A stretch of DNA of 64,000 nt from Leucoraja ocellata (lineage: Eukaryota), in NCBI GenBank assembly GCA_036785375.1, contig JAWMAR010000134.1, positions 6,014,001 through 6,078,000 of the forward strand. The letters run 5' to 3'. The notes under the pieces are model-generated. The model saw only the letters and a list, made by a program, of their open reading frames with translations, ran no database searches and was not told the DNA's origin. Below, piece by piece: positions 1 to 12,825 of this stretch; position 1 is the first letter of the stretch; the number at the start of each line of letters is the position of its first letter. The position numbers were made by a program, and so were the translations under genes.

Positions 1-304
1 ACTATAAGAGTGCAAGAGGTAACAAACACAGTCCCTGCATAAATAGCTGTGTACAAGCAGCATATGGACATCAGTGCCCAATGTTAAGAGAACACAGATT
101 TATCACCTCTGTCTCATGTGTGAAAGCTTAAAGAAAAGGAAAGAGGAAAACAACACTTGCCTTTCATTTCCTGGCAACAAGAATTTAATAAATCTAGGAC
201 ACACACTAACATTTTGCATTACAGCAAGTCCAACAAACAGCAATGAAAGTATTCTCCAGAAAACCTATTTTAATTATTGGACAATAGATTAATGTTTTCC
301 ATTT

Positions 305-465
305 CATGGACGTCTTGCTTTAATGCCTCACCTGAAAGACAGCACCTCCAACAACATGACAATTTCTCAGTGCTGCATTGAAGTGTCAGCCGGGATTACA
401 CGCTCATACTTCAGGAGTGGGACAGCTTCTGACTAGAGATGTAAGGGCTAAGCAATAAGCTATGG
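305..465 (-). mobile_element. Old DeuSINE (SacSINE1/AmnSINE-like) fragment
   Basis: tttaatgcctcacctgaaagacagcacctccaaca...tcagtgctgcattgaagtgtcagcc...ggagtggga resembles the reverse complement of the Deu core and tRNA head as recalled. Confidence 0.65.
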
Positions 466-1229
466 CCTTTTCAGTGAGGAGGTTCTACAATGACCCAATT
501 CTCCAACCGAAAAAAAAAATACCTGGAGTAGTCAAAATGCAGAATAGTCTAATACAGAAATCTTAGCCAAGGACAAAATATCTGCATGATAAAATATGTT
601 TGTGTTATTGCATGAAAATCGTTAAATTAAATTAGTGCACAAGAAAAGCTCTAATCAAAACTCCCTGGATAAATAACAAAAAAAAACTCTTCCCCTTCTA
701 CCTCCTAGCCCTGAGTTTGATGGTACTCTATTTTGTTTTTTTTGAGAAAAGCTTCCTTCAAATGTAAGCAAAAATAGATAAATACTAAAATGTTTTTAAA
801 GAAAAACAGGCAGCCAAAACCAGGATTACTAAATTATACACTGCAAGGTGAGATCACATTTCCACTGGCAGTCAGAGTAATAATTTGGCCAATGCACTCG
901 TTTAAAGTAAGGACTATCTACAATAAATGCATGACATCTGGCCAGAGGATAATACATTATGCACATCTTGTCACTAAACACACAAAACACAATTACTTGC
1001 AAAAACAATCTCTCGTGTCTGTCATACAAAGTTCAGAAATATACGCACCAACAAAGTGAAAGTAGCTTTGACAAACAAATTAGGCGATAAACCCCGAGCA
1101 AATAACTACCACGTTAATGAATGAAGTTGTGACTCAAGGTTTGAGATAACATAGAATAGTCCCGACATCTGTTATCACAATGAATAACACTATGAATAAT
1201 TAACACTGTGTATATATAAAAACACACTC

Positions 1230-1505
1230 ACACCTTTCACAAATTCAGGAAGTCCCAAAGTAGTTCCACGACCAATAAATGCGACGATGACACCAATTTC
1301 AAATATTATGAAGGAAAAACAGTCAATTTTTACTCAGCAAGATCCAAATCAGACAGTAACTCAGCATTGTGTTTCTGAGATGTTGGAGGTGGAATAAATA
1401 TTACTCTTGATAATAACTGCACTCTCCTCCTTTGAACGTGCACAGCCAGTCAGAAGAACAAACAGGGCCGGCAAGCGTTTAACCATTCATCCAAAAATAA
1501 TGGCA
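1230..1505 (-). mobile_element. Degraded DeuSINE 3' part
   Basis: cagcaagatcc...gatgttggaggtggaataaatatt...gtttaaccattcatcc resembles the same family but is heavily diverged. Confidence 0.45.
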
Positions 1506-1744
1506 TGGTCATTAGAACCTATATTCTCGACGAGACCTGCACCGAGGTAGAAAATTGCTGCTGGAGTAAACACGAGCTGTAAATTGATGAACCCACACCA
1601 CTTATTTTCAGAAAGCCACTTTGGTTTCTTCAGACAAAAGCGAGGGACTAAATAGAGATCGTTCAAAGGGGCAATGCAGCATGCTTCTCAGGTTGTACCT
1701 GAGAATATAGTTTAAAAACACACATAATCAACATCCTCTTCCTG

Positions 1745-2165
1745 ATCTTTCTTCGCAGCAGTCACTCAGAATAGAGAATGACTTGTTTCCGCACCGGTTT
1801 GTGAGTACTGAGGTGACTGGTGAGGCCAAAGTGGCGCAGTTTTTCCACAGATACCCGCCTGAAGAAGGATCTCGACCCGAAACGTCACGCATTCCTTCTC
1901 TCCAGAGATGCTGCCTGTCCCGCTGAGTTACTCCAGCTTTTTGTGTCTATCTTCGGTGTAAACCAGCATCTGCAGTTCCTTCTTACACAAGGTTCTTGCA
2001 CAGAAGGCAGATGGTCAATGGAATAAATGGTCAGTTGGCTTTTTTTAGTTGGTGTGATCCTTCAAATACCTACAAAGGGTTTCTGCGTGCACCTGATGCA
2101 CAGCCTCGAGGTTCTCAAAATCATCTCAAATGCTCCTCCACTCCGTAACAGTCACAGGCCAGAGG
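1745..2165 (-). mobile_element. RTE-like LINE/SINE 3' relic interrupted by a hammerhead element
   Basis: The start (cttcgcagcagtcactcagaatagagaatgact) resembles the RTE 3' end at 3060-3100 (catcggcagtcacttgaaatgagtatgact). Confidence 0.45.
1859..1989 (+). mobile_element. Penelope-like pLTR-derived short element with a minimal hammerhead core
   Basis: CTGAAGA-AGGATCTCGACCC-GAAA-CG-TC at 1859-1886, then the family body gatgctgcctgtcccgctgagttactccagc...ccagcatctgcagttccttcttacac. Confidence 0.8.
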
Positions 2166-3055
2166 TTCAGAGGTTGCCGCTTTGGATCATTGAAAACACG
2201 ACAGAGAAACAGACCATTTGCCCTACCATGTTTGTGCTGGTTGAAAAAGTGCTAACCAAACTAATCGCATATTCCAGCATTTGCTCCAGTGTCTGCAGGT
2301 TATGGTTCTTCAAATACATATTCAACAACTATTTTAAATGTGACAAGGGCTGTTTGTAGTGGCCATTTGCGTGTCATTAATGATGGCATGTGACTTTAAA
2401 TTTTAGACAGCCCGTTATATTGTGGGTGGGGTTTATGGCGTATTTTTGGGCATATTTGGAGCTATGTACCTTGTGCAGAAGCTTAGTTTTTAGTTTAGTT
2501 TGGAACCAGCATGGAGAAGGTTTACCCTTCGACCATGCGAAGTGTAACAGAGACACAAAGAGGTTTCTAATGTCTACAGCAATAAGCTGGAGTTTGATGA
2601 AGATTATAGTAAGGATGTTTTGTATATAGTAAGGAAGTAAGTATAGTTTGGATGTACCTTATTGTTTTCATCAAAAATAAAGAATGTATTCATCAAAAGA
2701 CTGTGTTTTTGAAGACTTATCTGTGAAGAAGCTCTGAAGGTCTCTGACGGTGAGCTTGCACGCGTACGGACATTCAACTTAACCATGCTGTCCATTTAGC
2801 GGCTAGAGGGAGTAATCTCTTGAACGATATAAAAATCTGCAGCTACAGCTATCTCTACTACTCAATCAAAGATTCATCCTCATTTCCCCTCTAATTATTT
2901 TACTAATCACTTTAATGATCAACCCTGGTTTTTGGACCACTGTGTTAAGGAAAATGAGTCATTCCAATTTACTAAATTAAGCTCCCTTAAAATGTATACA
3001 CTTCCAATACGACTCTACTGTATGGTTCAAGCATAACCTCCTGGCTCTTACATTC

Positions 3056-3765
3056 TCATCATCATCGGCAGTCACTTGAAATGAGTATGACTGTCCTCTC
3101 CACTCCATAGGGTCGTCTACTTGTGGGTCTGCAGATGTCTGTAGAGGCCAATCCGCGATCCACACACCTTGGTGCAACGTGGGCAGTGGAGACTGGCGGT
3201 GGTTGGTAGTCGTCGAGCCCCCTTCACTCTCTCATTACGGTACTGTCACTTTGTCTCTGCAATGCGGCGTAGTTCCATTTCCTGAAGTGCAGTTCCTTCC
3301 TGCATGGATTTTCTCCAGGAGCACCTGTCTAGTGCAATTTGCTCCCAGTTGTTTGATACGTTGTGCAATCTCTTCAGACTGTTCTTGATGTTGTCCTTGA
3401 AGCATTTCTTTGGCCCGCCGGAGGCTCGCCGACCTTCCTTCAATTGAAAGAACAGGATATGTTTAGGGACACGTGTGTTGGACATGCGGATGACATGGCC
3501 AGTCCATCGAAGTTGGTGCTGCATTATTGTGGTGGTGATGCCGGCCATGTTGGCTTCCTCCAAAACGCTGATGTTGGAGCGGTTGTCCTCCCAGCTGATC
3601 CTCAGAATCTTTCGTAAGGATCTTTGATGGTATTGTTCCAGGGCTCTCAGGAACCTGCTGTAGGTGGTCCATGACTCAGCTCCATACAACAGGGTGGAGA
3701 GAACAACGGCTCTGTAGACCAGCGGTTTTGTTTGAGCCTTTAGGTCTCGGTCTTCAAAGACTCCT
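3056..3765 (-). mobile_element. RTE-clade LINE 3' fragment (end of ORF plus 3' UTR)
   Basis: ORF 3246-3689 has LYGAESWT...LRKILRISWED...QLRWTGHVIRM...RVPKHIL, typical of the RTE C-terminus; (GAT)n tail at 3056-3066. Confidence 0.9.
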
Positions 3766-3917
3766 ATGCCTCAGCTAATGCAGGAAAGCGTCTCAAATCC
3801 TTTATCAATCACCTCATTACCTTGTCCTGTTAACTTTGAGGATCTCTTGTTATACATGCCAAGATCCTCCCCAACTACATCCATTTGGCAATTTTCAGGG
3901 CAACTGACCAAATCACC

Positions 3918-4015
3918 GGTAGATACAAAATGCTGGAGTAACTCAGCAGGACACGCAGCATCTCTGGAGAGAAAGAATGGGTGAATATTTCGGGTCGAGA
4001 CCCTTCTTCAGACTC
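3918..4015 (-). mobile_element. Hammerhead/Penelope-like short element
   Basis: Reverse complement AGT-CTGAAGAAGGGTCTCGACCCGAAA...; flanked by direct repeat accaaatcacc (3907-3917, 4016-4026). Confidence 0.8.
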
Positions 4016-4839
4016 ACCAAATCACCTCTACCGTACAGCGTTAAAATAAAAAAACCTCAGCTGAATAAATAGGAAATGTAGGGAACACTCAGTAGGCCAG
4101 GCTGCACCTGCGAAAAAGGAAGCAGGTAACTTTTTAGGTTTGAGAATCTTCATCAGAATACATGCTGAACCATGGACTTCCATCTGAAATGTTAACCAAC
4201 TTTTTATTTCATCTGCAGTTTAATACTTTCCACTCCGCTGTCAACCATTTGCTTATTTTGCAAACTTCATTATCATTTTTTTACTGACAGCTTTTTTTAA
4301 TCTTCTGCTTAATCAGTATTTCTCTTTCTCTTACCACAGATGCTGTCTGACGTGCTGAATATTTCTCACATTTTCTGTTTTTACATCAGCCAAATATCAG
4401 TCCATTAACACTTGCGTCAATTAACAGATTTGTTTTCCTGGTGCGAAGTTAAGTGTGAAGAAGTCTCTGTGAATGCTACGCATGGGAAAGAGACTCGAGG
4501 TTAACGTGGGCAACAACTATGATCTTTTAATAAATATTTAGCATGGAATAATCTCAAAGGACAGATTTACTTATTGTAAACTACAGGTTCTATCATGAGA
4601 TACAACTGTTTTTTTTTTACTTTTACTTTATTAATTTAATCTTCAATGCACTTTGTATTCAAGGAACAAAGTAAAAAGGATTTTGAATGTAAGAAACATT
4701 GCATTATTGCACCACTATTAGTAATTGCTAGTCACCCACATTTTAGAGTCTATGGGCACATAAACAGATAAAATCGGCAAATTTCGTACAGTTAAAGGAT
4801 TCAGATCTTGAATTCACCTTAAACTGCCCGACTTTTATA

Positions 4840-5105
4840 AACATCTATCAGGACTTCTCTGAGCTTCAAACGCTCCAGAAAAGCAATCCAAGTTTGTCCA
4901 ACCTTTCCTTATAGCTAATGCAGGCAGCATCCTCCTCTGCAGCCTCTCCAAAGCCTACACATTCTTCCTGTAACAGAACAACCAGAACAGCACACAATAT
5001 TCCAAATACAGCCTAAACAAATGTTTCTAAAGCTACAACATGACTTCAATGCCCTTACCAATGAAAACAGGCATACTTTACACCACCTTTATCTCTCTAT
5101 CTAAA
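4840..5105 (-). mobile_element. Degraded CR1 LINE fragment
   Basis: accagaacagcacacaatattccaaa is the reverse of the LEYCVxFW motif also seen in the younger CR1 copies in this window. Confidence 0.65.
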
Positions 5106-5174
5106 GGTATGGAATTGGAACCTAAAATCCACCTGTACATCAATGCTGTTAAGGGTCCTGCCATTGACAATATA

Positions 5175-5608
5175 AAGGTCAACCACCAATTTTCCAGCAA
5201 CTGGTGGTCCGGCACCATCTTTAATCCAAAGGAAATTACAAGTGAATACTTGAAATCCCCCCCACTGGAAATGCCCCCGAAAATATGGAGCCTAGGTCGG
5301 GTGATGCGGCCAATCTCAACCAATCTGGCTGGTGCGGTAAATGAGATAATACAGATAATGCCCGTCCCACTTAGGAAACCTGAACGGAAACCTCTGGAGA
5401 CTTTGCGCCCCACCCAAGGTTTCAGTGCGGTTACCGGAGGTTTTTGTCAGTCTCCCTACCTGCTTCCACTACCTGCAACCTCCGAGAATCGCACGGAAAC
5501 CTTGGGTGGGGCGCAAAGTCTCCAGAGGTTTCCGTTCAGGTTTCCTAAGTGGGACAGGGGCATAAAAGGCTCTGGAACCAAGGTGCTAGAAAATCGGCGG
5601 TGGGCCTA
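5175..5608. mobile_element. pogo/Tigger-like MITE hosting a nested Harbinger MITE
   Basis: Imperfect TIRs AAGGTCAACCACCAATTTTCCAGCA / TGCTAGAAAATCGGCGGTGGGCCTA, each flanked by TA (5173-74, 5609-10). Confidence 0.6.
5359..5562. mobile_element. PIF/Harbinger MITE (204 bp, near-palindromic)
   Basis: About 60-70 bp TIRs beginning gtcccacttaggaaacctgaacggaaacctctggagactttgcgccccacccaaggtttc; TAA duplication at 5356-58 and 5563-65. Confidence 0.88.
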
Positions 5609-5678
5609 TACTTTCCCCTTCCAAATCTGCCATTTCTCCACCCATGTCTGTAACTGATCTATATCCTGCTGCAGATGT

Positions 5679-5815
5679 GACACAAATGCTGGAGTAACTC
5701 AGCGGGTGAGGCAGCATCTCATGCGAGAAGGAATGAGCAATGTTTCAGGTCGAGACACTTCTTCAGACTGATGTCAGGGAGGCGGGCGGGACAAAGATAG
5801 AACGTAGGCGGAGAC
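5679..5815 (-). mobile_element. Hammerhead/Penelope-like short element
   Basis: gacacaaatgctggagtaactcagcggg...tttcaggtcgagacacttcttcagact; the core is mutated. Confidence 0.75.
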
Positions 5816-6547
5816 TGTCTCCCACTGAACAAGCAGTCACCGAGTACATTTCTCTTTCGCCAATAAACAACCCCAGGAGTGCAATACCCCAGGCCCCACT
5901 CCAACAGCAATGCAGATTCAATTTGGTAAACTCCTGATCCTGCTGTATTATCCTTCTTCATAAACTGATGATATTCAGAAAAGAAAAATACCTCCAACAT
6001 CCTTGAGTAATGACAAATTTCAACTAAATCAGAAGGACATTTTGAATGCGCATGAAAATCAAATGAATCTTCCATACATTTACTTCAATTCTGTGCAGTC
6101 CATAAACAAACTCCCCAAGAAGACAAGTTCTCATTCTTCATGCATAGTGTAAAAAGAGCTATTACTTTACAAAGTGCCATCTTAGATTGATTTGGAAATT
6201 TATTAGGGCAAGGAAGGATAAAAATCGGTTGAGCAAGGTGGATACACATCAACACTGGGCTTGCAACACATTTGCAAAGTGATTTGTAATGAGCAAAATT
6301 GCAGATGTACTTATACATTAGATCTCAGCAACTTTTGCCCAACAACATATGCAAGCTTCAAGGTTACACCACAACAAAATTTGTGGAAGAAAACACTTTT
6401 CTAGAAGGAGATCCTCTTATAATGAAATACAACCCAGTCACACTTCAGCACTTCACCCTCATCCACAATATCATTGCTTCCATGTACCTCACAGTCATTC
6501 CCAATCTCCTTCGTCTACTAGGGATATGGGGGGGGGGGGGGGGGGGT

Positions 6548-6684
6548 CTACAACCACTACAATCAATCTGAAGAAGGGCCCTGATCCACCTATCCTCACT
6601 TTCCCGAGATGCTGCCTGACCGGTTGAGTTACTCCAGCACTTTGGCTTTTTTTGCAAACCAGCTTCTGCAGTTCCTTGAGTTCT
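6548..6684 (+). mobile_element. Hammerhead/Penelope-like short element (GAAA segment deleted)
   Basis: ctgaagaagggccctgatcc...gagatgctgcctgaccggttgagttactccagcac...tctgcagttcc. Confidence 0.7.
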
Positions 6685-7519
6685 AACTGAGTAACGTAGG
6701 AATAAACACAGACAAATCTAAAAAGTAGAATATTTTCACAAATCTAACAAAAGATCATTGATCCAAATGTTTAATTCTGCTATCTCTCTCTGCTGATGTT
6801 GCCTGGCCTGCTGAGCACTTTTTGCTCTTTCTGGGCTTATTTCATGCAAATCTCCTTTGTGAACACTAATGAAAATGTGTCCAATTAAAATTTAGTTGTT
6901 GATAGGTTGCTTGGTGAGGGATTCTGATCAATATTATTGCCTCCCATACCTGCAACGATGGATAGATTTTATTTAATTTCAGATGAAAAGAGTGGGCAAT
7001 TTTGTAACAGGATAATTCTGTCACTGCAAAAACAGGCCAGAGACCACGTCACAAGAACAAACTGCTTCTCAAGTGGCAATGGCAAATGGTGCAAGTTAAA
7101 TTTGGTTCTAAATACTTTTTTCCCTCATCTCAAACAGGGGAATAATGACAAATGGACTCTTATTTTAATCTCACCAAATAAATCCACTTCAGAACTCTGA
7201 TGCCTTTTCAATTCGGTTAGGTTAAACCAATAGTTATTGCTCCGATTTATAGTTATTGCTCTGATTTTAGTGACAGCTATCATTTTAGTCATGCTTGATC
7301 AATTAAGGTAGCAATGACAAAAGGTGACAATTGCACAGCCATTCCTTGCTTCAAAATTTCTCCAGCAACCCCCCTGACATTACACTTTCTCAGTTTTCAT
7401 ATCCCTCAGGTTTCCCCAATTTCTCTGATTAGTTCGCTGCCTAAACAATGGTGTTGTTTCAAAAAATCTCTTTCACACAGCACAACCAATTATATGTTGC
7501 TTATATACACTTCTCCATG

Positions 7520-7905
7520 GATTGTCACCTTGTCGTGGTGGAGAAGCTTGTGTGGTCCAGAGATCCTGAAAACCATGCCGTCTGGAGCTATGCTCCTGGT
7601 AGGGCCACCCATGGCGGTAAGGTCGTGGTGGAGGTCCCTGTCAAAGAGCAATCCTTAACAGTGGAACAGGTGTTGGATGATGGCTGACTTTAGTGTAGTG
7701 TCACAACGGCTGGGAAGGCGGATGAAGGCTCCAGCAGATAAGGGTCCCCGGTTGACTCGGACTCCATGCCACTGGATCCTGACCCAGATCTGTCAAGGAC
7801 CGTGTGGTGGCTGTCTGTGCACCAGCCTCTCCACATTAACAGTCACACACAGGCGTCCTCCCATAAGGGCAGGCAAACTGGTTTCGAGTGACCGCCGATG
7901 ATGAT
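7520..7905 (+). mobile_element. RTE-derived short element (5' UTR joined to 3' tail)
   Basis: Starts accttgtcgtggtggagaagcttgtgtggtcc...gggccacccatggcggtaaggtc (recalled as RTE/Expander 5' UTR-like); ends gagtgaccgccgatgatgat, matching the RTE tail at 3056-3080. Confidence 0.6.
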
Positions 7906-9178
7906 ATATGGACAGGTCAAAGCTGCTGGCTGAATTATTGTTTTGTCGGCTGATGCTGATACACATCCCCCCCCCCCAATTGTCTGCTTACATAAAACCA
8001 CAACTATTGAATCATTCTTGAGGTACATTAGATCAAAGTGAGCCTGAAAAAAAATAGCTAGAGGCCAGAAATTGAAATTAATGAAAGCAGATTTAAAACC
8101 AGTGCGATTTCTTTCCTAAATCCAAGGATTGATGCCCATAATCTGCCTGCTAGGTAAAAAGTAACAAACACTGAAGTCATTCAAAATGCAGTTGAATAAA
8201 TTGGGGAAAGACAAGCGTCTTATCCTTTGCTTGCTCGTGATTTTTATATTAAATAAGGAACTTTTTTTTTTAAATAAGTGAAGAGCTATTACATTAGCTT
8301 GAATTCATATAGAATTTCGCCAAAGATATTTCAAGGGAAAATTAGACACAGTTATTGACAGCCGACTAAAAATATGGCCAAGAGAAAGCCTATAAAAGCA
8401 GTGAGTAAAAATGTAGAAGGAATAACTGCAGGCAATGTACTGACTCATTTACACTTCAATGTGAGCAAGGCAATATAATTAATAACAATGAGGATAATTA
8501 TCCAAAGGAACAATTTATTGCTATGACTTATATATAGCACAAGAAAGTCTGGGCTGAAAGTTATGGTTTCAATTGTAAAATCAACCACAAAATGAACCAG
8601 AATTCAGCCTCATCTTGTCTTTATCCAGGGCACTTAAAAATTAGTTTTACTGATTTCCAATCATGAGCGGAACAACTAGCAATTTCTCTCTTCTGCTCTT
8701 GAACTGATTAGACCTTAAATCCACTTCAATGGAGTGGCGATCGGTGAGGTAACATTTGCCCCACTTGTATTTGCCATGATTTGTCCCCTACAAGATGAAC
8801 ACAATCACACAAAACCACCACAAAAGCAAACCATAGTCAACATCTGTGTGATAGTCACAAACCTACAGATCTGTTGTAAGGAACCATGAGACAGAACCAA
8901 TGCAGGGAATCTACTTGCCTCAATCTGCTCCAAAGATGGTGAACACCAGAACAAACACATGCTACGATAATGATTGATAACCCAAGAAAATTTGTAGTAC
9001 AAGTTCTAAACCATGGAACAAATCACATCATCATGCCCTCTAAGACATGTTGTGGGAGGTACCACTGGCATCTCATGGTTGACAAATTGGATATCTAGTT
9101 TGAGGATTTTCATGTCATACAATGGAACACATATCTTATAAGTGCCTAGTCTAATCAATGAGGAAATTGATGCCTCTA

Positions 9179-10010
9179 GGGGCGCTGCACTGGCAGCAGC
9201 CTCTACCTACAGCCTGTCTGTTATTTCTATCTTTTTTTATTATTTTTAGTTAGTCTAAAGTCTTGTGTTGGGGGAAACTTTAACTTTTCTATGTGGGGGA
9301 GGGGGGCAGGGTAAGGGGGAAACTGTCTCCTAGTCTCTTCCTGGCGGGGACGCAACTATTTCTCCGAGTCGCGTCCTCGCCCCCCACCTCGCGGCCTACC
9401 AGCTGGATCGAGCGGCCTTTCCTGCCGGGGACCGGGAACTGGACCAGGGCTGCTACAGCGGCGGCGCAGCGCTGGATTCACCACGGAGCGGGCAATGCCT
9501 ACCTGGGTCGCCGTGTGGAGCTCCGAAGCGTTGGGCCGCTGCTCCAACATCGTGGAGCTCTGGTTTGGAAGAGCTTCCAATGCGGGCGGCGCTGATCGCC
9601 AACACGGAGTCCTGGGGCAGCAGTCTCCACCCGGCGCGGCCTGCGGACTTTGGAAGCCGCCGACTCCGGTAGGAGGGGGCCGACTCTGGTGTCCACGCCG
9701 CTGAGGATGTCCCGCAGCCCCGACGTCGGACTTACAACACCCCAGCGAGCGGTCCTGAACATCGGGCTGCCCGTAGCGGCAACTGCGGAGGGCACGGGGA
9801 GGCCCTGACCACGGGGAAAATGGAGGAAGAGACTGACTTTGGTTCCTTCTCACACAGTGGGAAACTCTGATTCTGCTGTGTGGGGATGTTTTATGTCAAA
9901 CTCTATAATGTGTTGTGTCCCTTATTTTTATTGTATGACTGTGTGGGAATTTCATTTCACTGTGCCATCTGGCACATGTGATGAATAAATGTATCTTGTA
10001 TCTTGTATCT
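9179..10010 (+). mobile_element. GC/CpG-rich non-autonomous retroelement with a Rex1/L2-type 3' tail
   Basis: Sharp GC-rich block ending in hairpin tgtgcca-tc-tggcaca, AATAAA and a (GTATCTT)n tail; no credible ORF. Confidence 0.6.
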
Positions 10011-10649
10011 CTTGCCTGATAATATCGCAGTCTTGGATTAGAATTTTTGTTGAAAAGCTTCAGCAAACAGAACACGCAATGAGAGGGCAAAATATAGCAA
10101 ACATTTGCAAATGCTGGAAACATTCTTTGGTCTATCAAAGTCTGACACACAGGTCTGCTGCATAACAAACTGCACCCACACAGTTGGCCGGTGCTAATTG
10201 CATTCTTACATTCCATTTTTATGCAATAGTTCTGTTGAAAATCAGTTTTGTTTTTTTATCTAATTTAACATTTCCAAGCTTGTAGTAGCCGTGATCTCAT
10301 TACTGAGACCCATTGTAAGCTAACATTTAACAACTAAATGGACTAATTAGGATATATTTGTATCCATTTATTAACACAGTGAGTGTTAGTTTGGTATAAT
10401 TCACTGAATTCCAATCTGTGGCAGGATTTCTCAATGGCACAGCATATATTACAGCGTGCAACCATGCACTGCTGAGAACTCCATTGAGATCAGCTGTGCT
10501 GCATATCTGGTTATGCAGTTTTTTCACTCCTCATTTGTTACCAACACCTCCCCCCAAAAATAAATTCATTGCCAAAAGCCCTGTGAAACCGGGCAAATTA
10601 ATCATTTCAAGCACAACAAACATCAACAGAACTGTAGATCTGAAATAAA

Positions 10650-10955
10650 TCTCATGTCTCGCTCATTCTCTCTACTCCACGGACCCATCGGGCAAAAGAT
10701 GCAATGGTTTGAAAGCACGTACCACCAGATTTAAGGGCAGCTTCTTCCTCACTGTTATCAAACTTTTGAACGGACCTATTAAAGCTAAGGACATATTCTT
10801 CATCCCACAATCTATCTCCTTATGGTCCTTGCACTCTGTTTCTTATCTGCACTTACACTGTAGCTGTAACAATATTCTGTCTGATTTAATTGTATGGATA
10901 ATTTACCTAAATAGCACACAAAACAAAAGTCTTTCACTAACAATAATAAACCAAA
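10650..10955 (+). mobile_element. Rex1/Babar-like LINE 3' end
   Basis: Encodes ARTTRFKGSFFLTVIKLLN, a Rex1-type C-terminal motif, followed by a 3' UTR ending acaataataaacc. Confidence 0.65.
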
Positions 10956-12700
10956 ATAAATCTGTTTTCAGAAAAAGATAAGGAAACTAATTTGGATTTT
11001 GGCACATAACACTGGTCCTCCTCTTTCAGTGCTTAAAACAAAGCAACCTCCCATTCATACAGCTAATATTATATCTCTAAATTATGCTTCCTAAATAATG
11101 TCAACTCAAAATTCATCAATGATCATTAAAGACAGCTGCCAGGATGTGAGAGGGGAAATTCAACTTCACTGAATAGAAACATGAATTTAAAACAAATCTG
11201 CTTTATGATAGGCTTTCTCCTCAAATATCATTAGCTGACATCCAATGAGGATTTTAGATTTCAAATATCTATGGTATTATGCTTTTGTTTCAGGTGCTTA
11301 ATTCAACACCACCTTGAAGAACTGTCACAAATAAGTTTCGCATTTCAACTTTTTTTCCCCGATAAAAAGCACCACTCGCTGACGGCTTTCTGCTCTAATC
11401 AAATTTACTAACTGTTTTTCTCTCCACCAAACCTGCTGTCCACTTTCCTGAAAATGTTGGTTTTAATTGAGGATTTAACTTTATTTTGCATATCAACTAA
11501 AGCCTTAGTAAAATAATTTAAATAGCCTGAAATGGCAGTGATGCCAAGTAAAAACATGAACGAAAATGAAAATAATAGCATAATTATCACTAAAAACTGC
11601 ATTTAAACTACATCAATCTTTGCCATTATTGTAGCTTCTTCTTCTTCCAGCACCAAGGGGATTCTGTCATCATTTCCTCTCTTTGATATGACATTTAAAC
11701 AGTCTATTAATAAAACAGTCGCATTAACGAAGTAGGCTAAAATGGCAGATCAATAATTTAACAAAATATAATCCTACAACAGTTTGTTTTGTCAGGCACA
11801 TATCACAAGATTCCCCAAAGTCATTATCTAAATATGAACAAGATTGGTTTACACTCCTGAGATTCCATTTATCATAAAACAGCCAGTACTGCAAGATCGA
11901 GGAGCCTGGGACCTCTACCCTGCCATCATCCATATGAAAGGTTGGATACAACAGATCTGACAATTAAATATATTGCGGTTTTGCCTCCGCCTTGCCATTT
12001 TTCTTGATGTCACTTTGATCAATAGAGAGAAAGGCAAGAAAGTATTAATTCAACAGCAAGCATCAGGAACAAAATGCTAAGCAAAATTACAAGCCATCAC
12101 ACAATGTTCTTATTTCCCGCACACACATAACTTAAAAGTAACATTGTGACATTGATGCCACAAGACCTTTGGAGGGCGAAAAGTCTGCTTGAAGCATTCA
12201 ACAAGTATTGCACCAAGAAGCCATTCAGTTGGACTAAATGGGGATAATGGGGTGGTGTGAATTGCATGTACACAATTTCAGGTGGTGCAGGCAAGAACAT
12301 CGATGTCAGGAAATGGTCCTGGTTTTGTTGTGTTCAGCTGCTTCATTAATGGCTGTCCTTGTAATTGGCCACAAGTCAGTTGAACAGCGAATAAATCCAC
12401 AGAATTCAAAACCTACAAGCAACATTCACACGTCCCTGTGATAATGGAAATCTTGGATGCAAAAGTGTAGGTTTTCCTTGTCCCCAAAGGTATAATCACC
12501 AGAAAGTCCTATCCAGATAACCAGAAGTTTAATTGGACCAGCAAAGCCAAAAAGCAAAAATATCATCAGATGCCAGATATCTGAAATAAAAACAATGCTG
12601 AGTTTATTCAATAGTTCAGACAACAATTATGGCGAGAAAAATCAGGAATGTTTCAGATTGGCAATCTTTCTTCAGAAATGGCCAGTTCTGATATAAATTC

Positions 12701-12825
12701 TCGGAGAAAACCTACATGGTCACGGGGAGAACGTACAAACAGTGGCCGTATTCGGGATCGAAGCCGGATCTCCGGCGTTGCAAGAGCTGTAAGGCAGCAA
12801 CTCTACCGCTGCGCCACCGTGCCGC
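12701..12825 (-). mobile_element. V-SINE (HE1-like) 5' part
   Basis: Reverse complement gives tRNA head ggcacggtggcgcagcggtagagttgctgccttacagc, a B-box-like ttcgatccc and the start of the V-core. Confidence 0.85.

Noticed and set aside
5040-5657. 205-aa + strand ORF
   Set aside because: It runs through a CR1 relic and two nested MITEs; no protein similarity recognised.
7230-7267. 19-bp tandem duplication atagttattgctc(c/t)gattt
   Set aside because: Ordinary slippage duplication with two units only.
9293-9853. Overlapping Arg/Pro/Gly-rich ORFs
   Set aside because: Expected from GC-rich repeat sequence; open on both strands.
11325-11965. Minus-strand acceptor-like sites followed by short open frames
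   Set aside because: No recognisable protein similarity or convincing donor sites.
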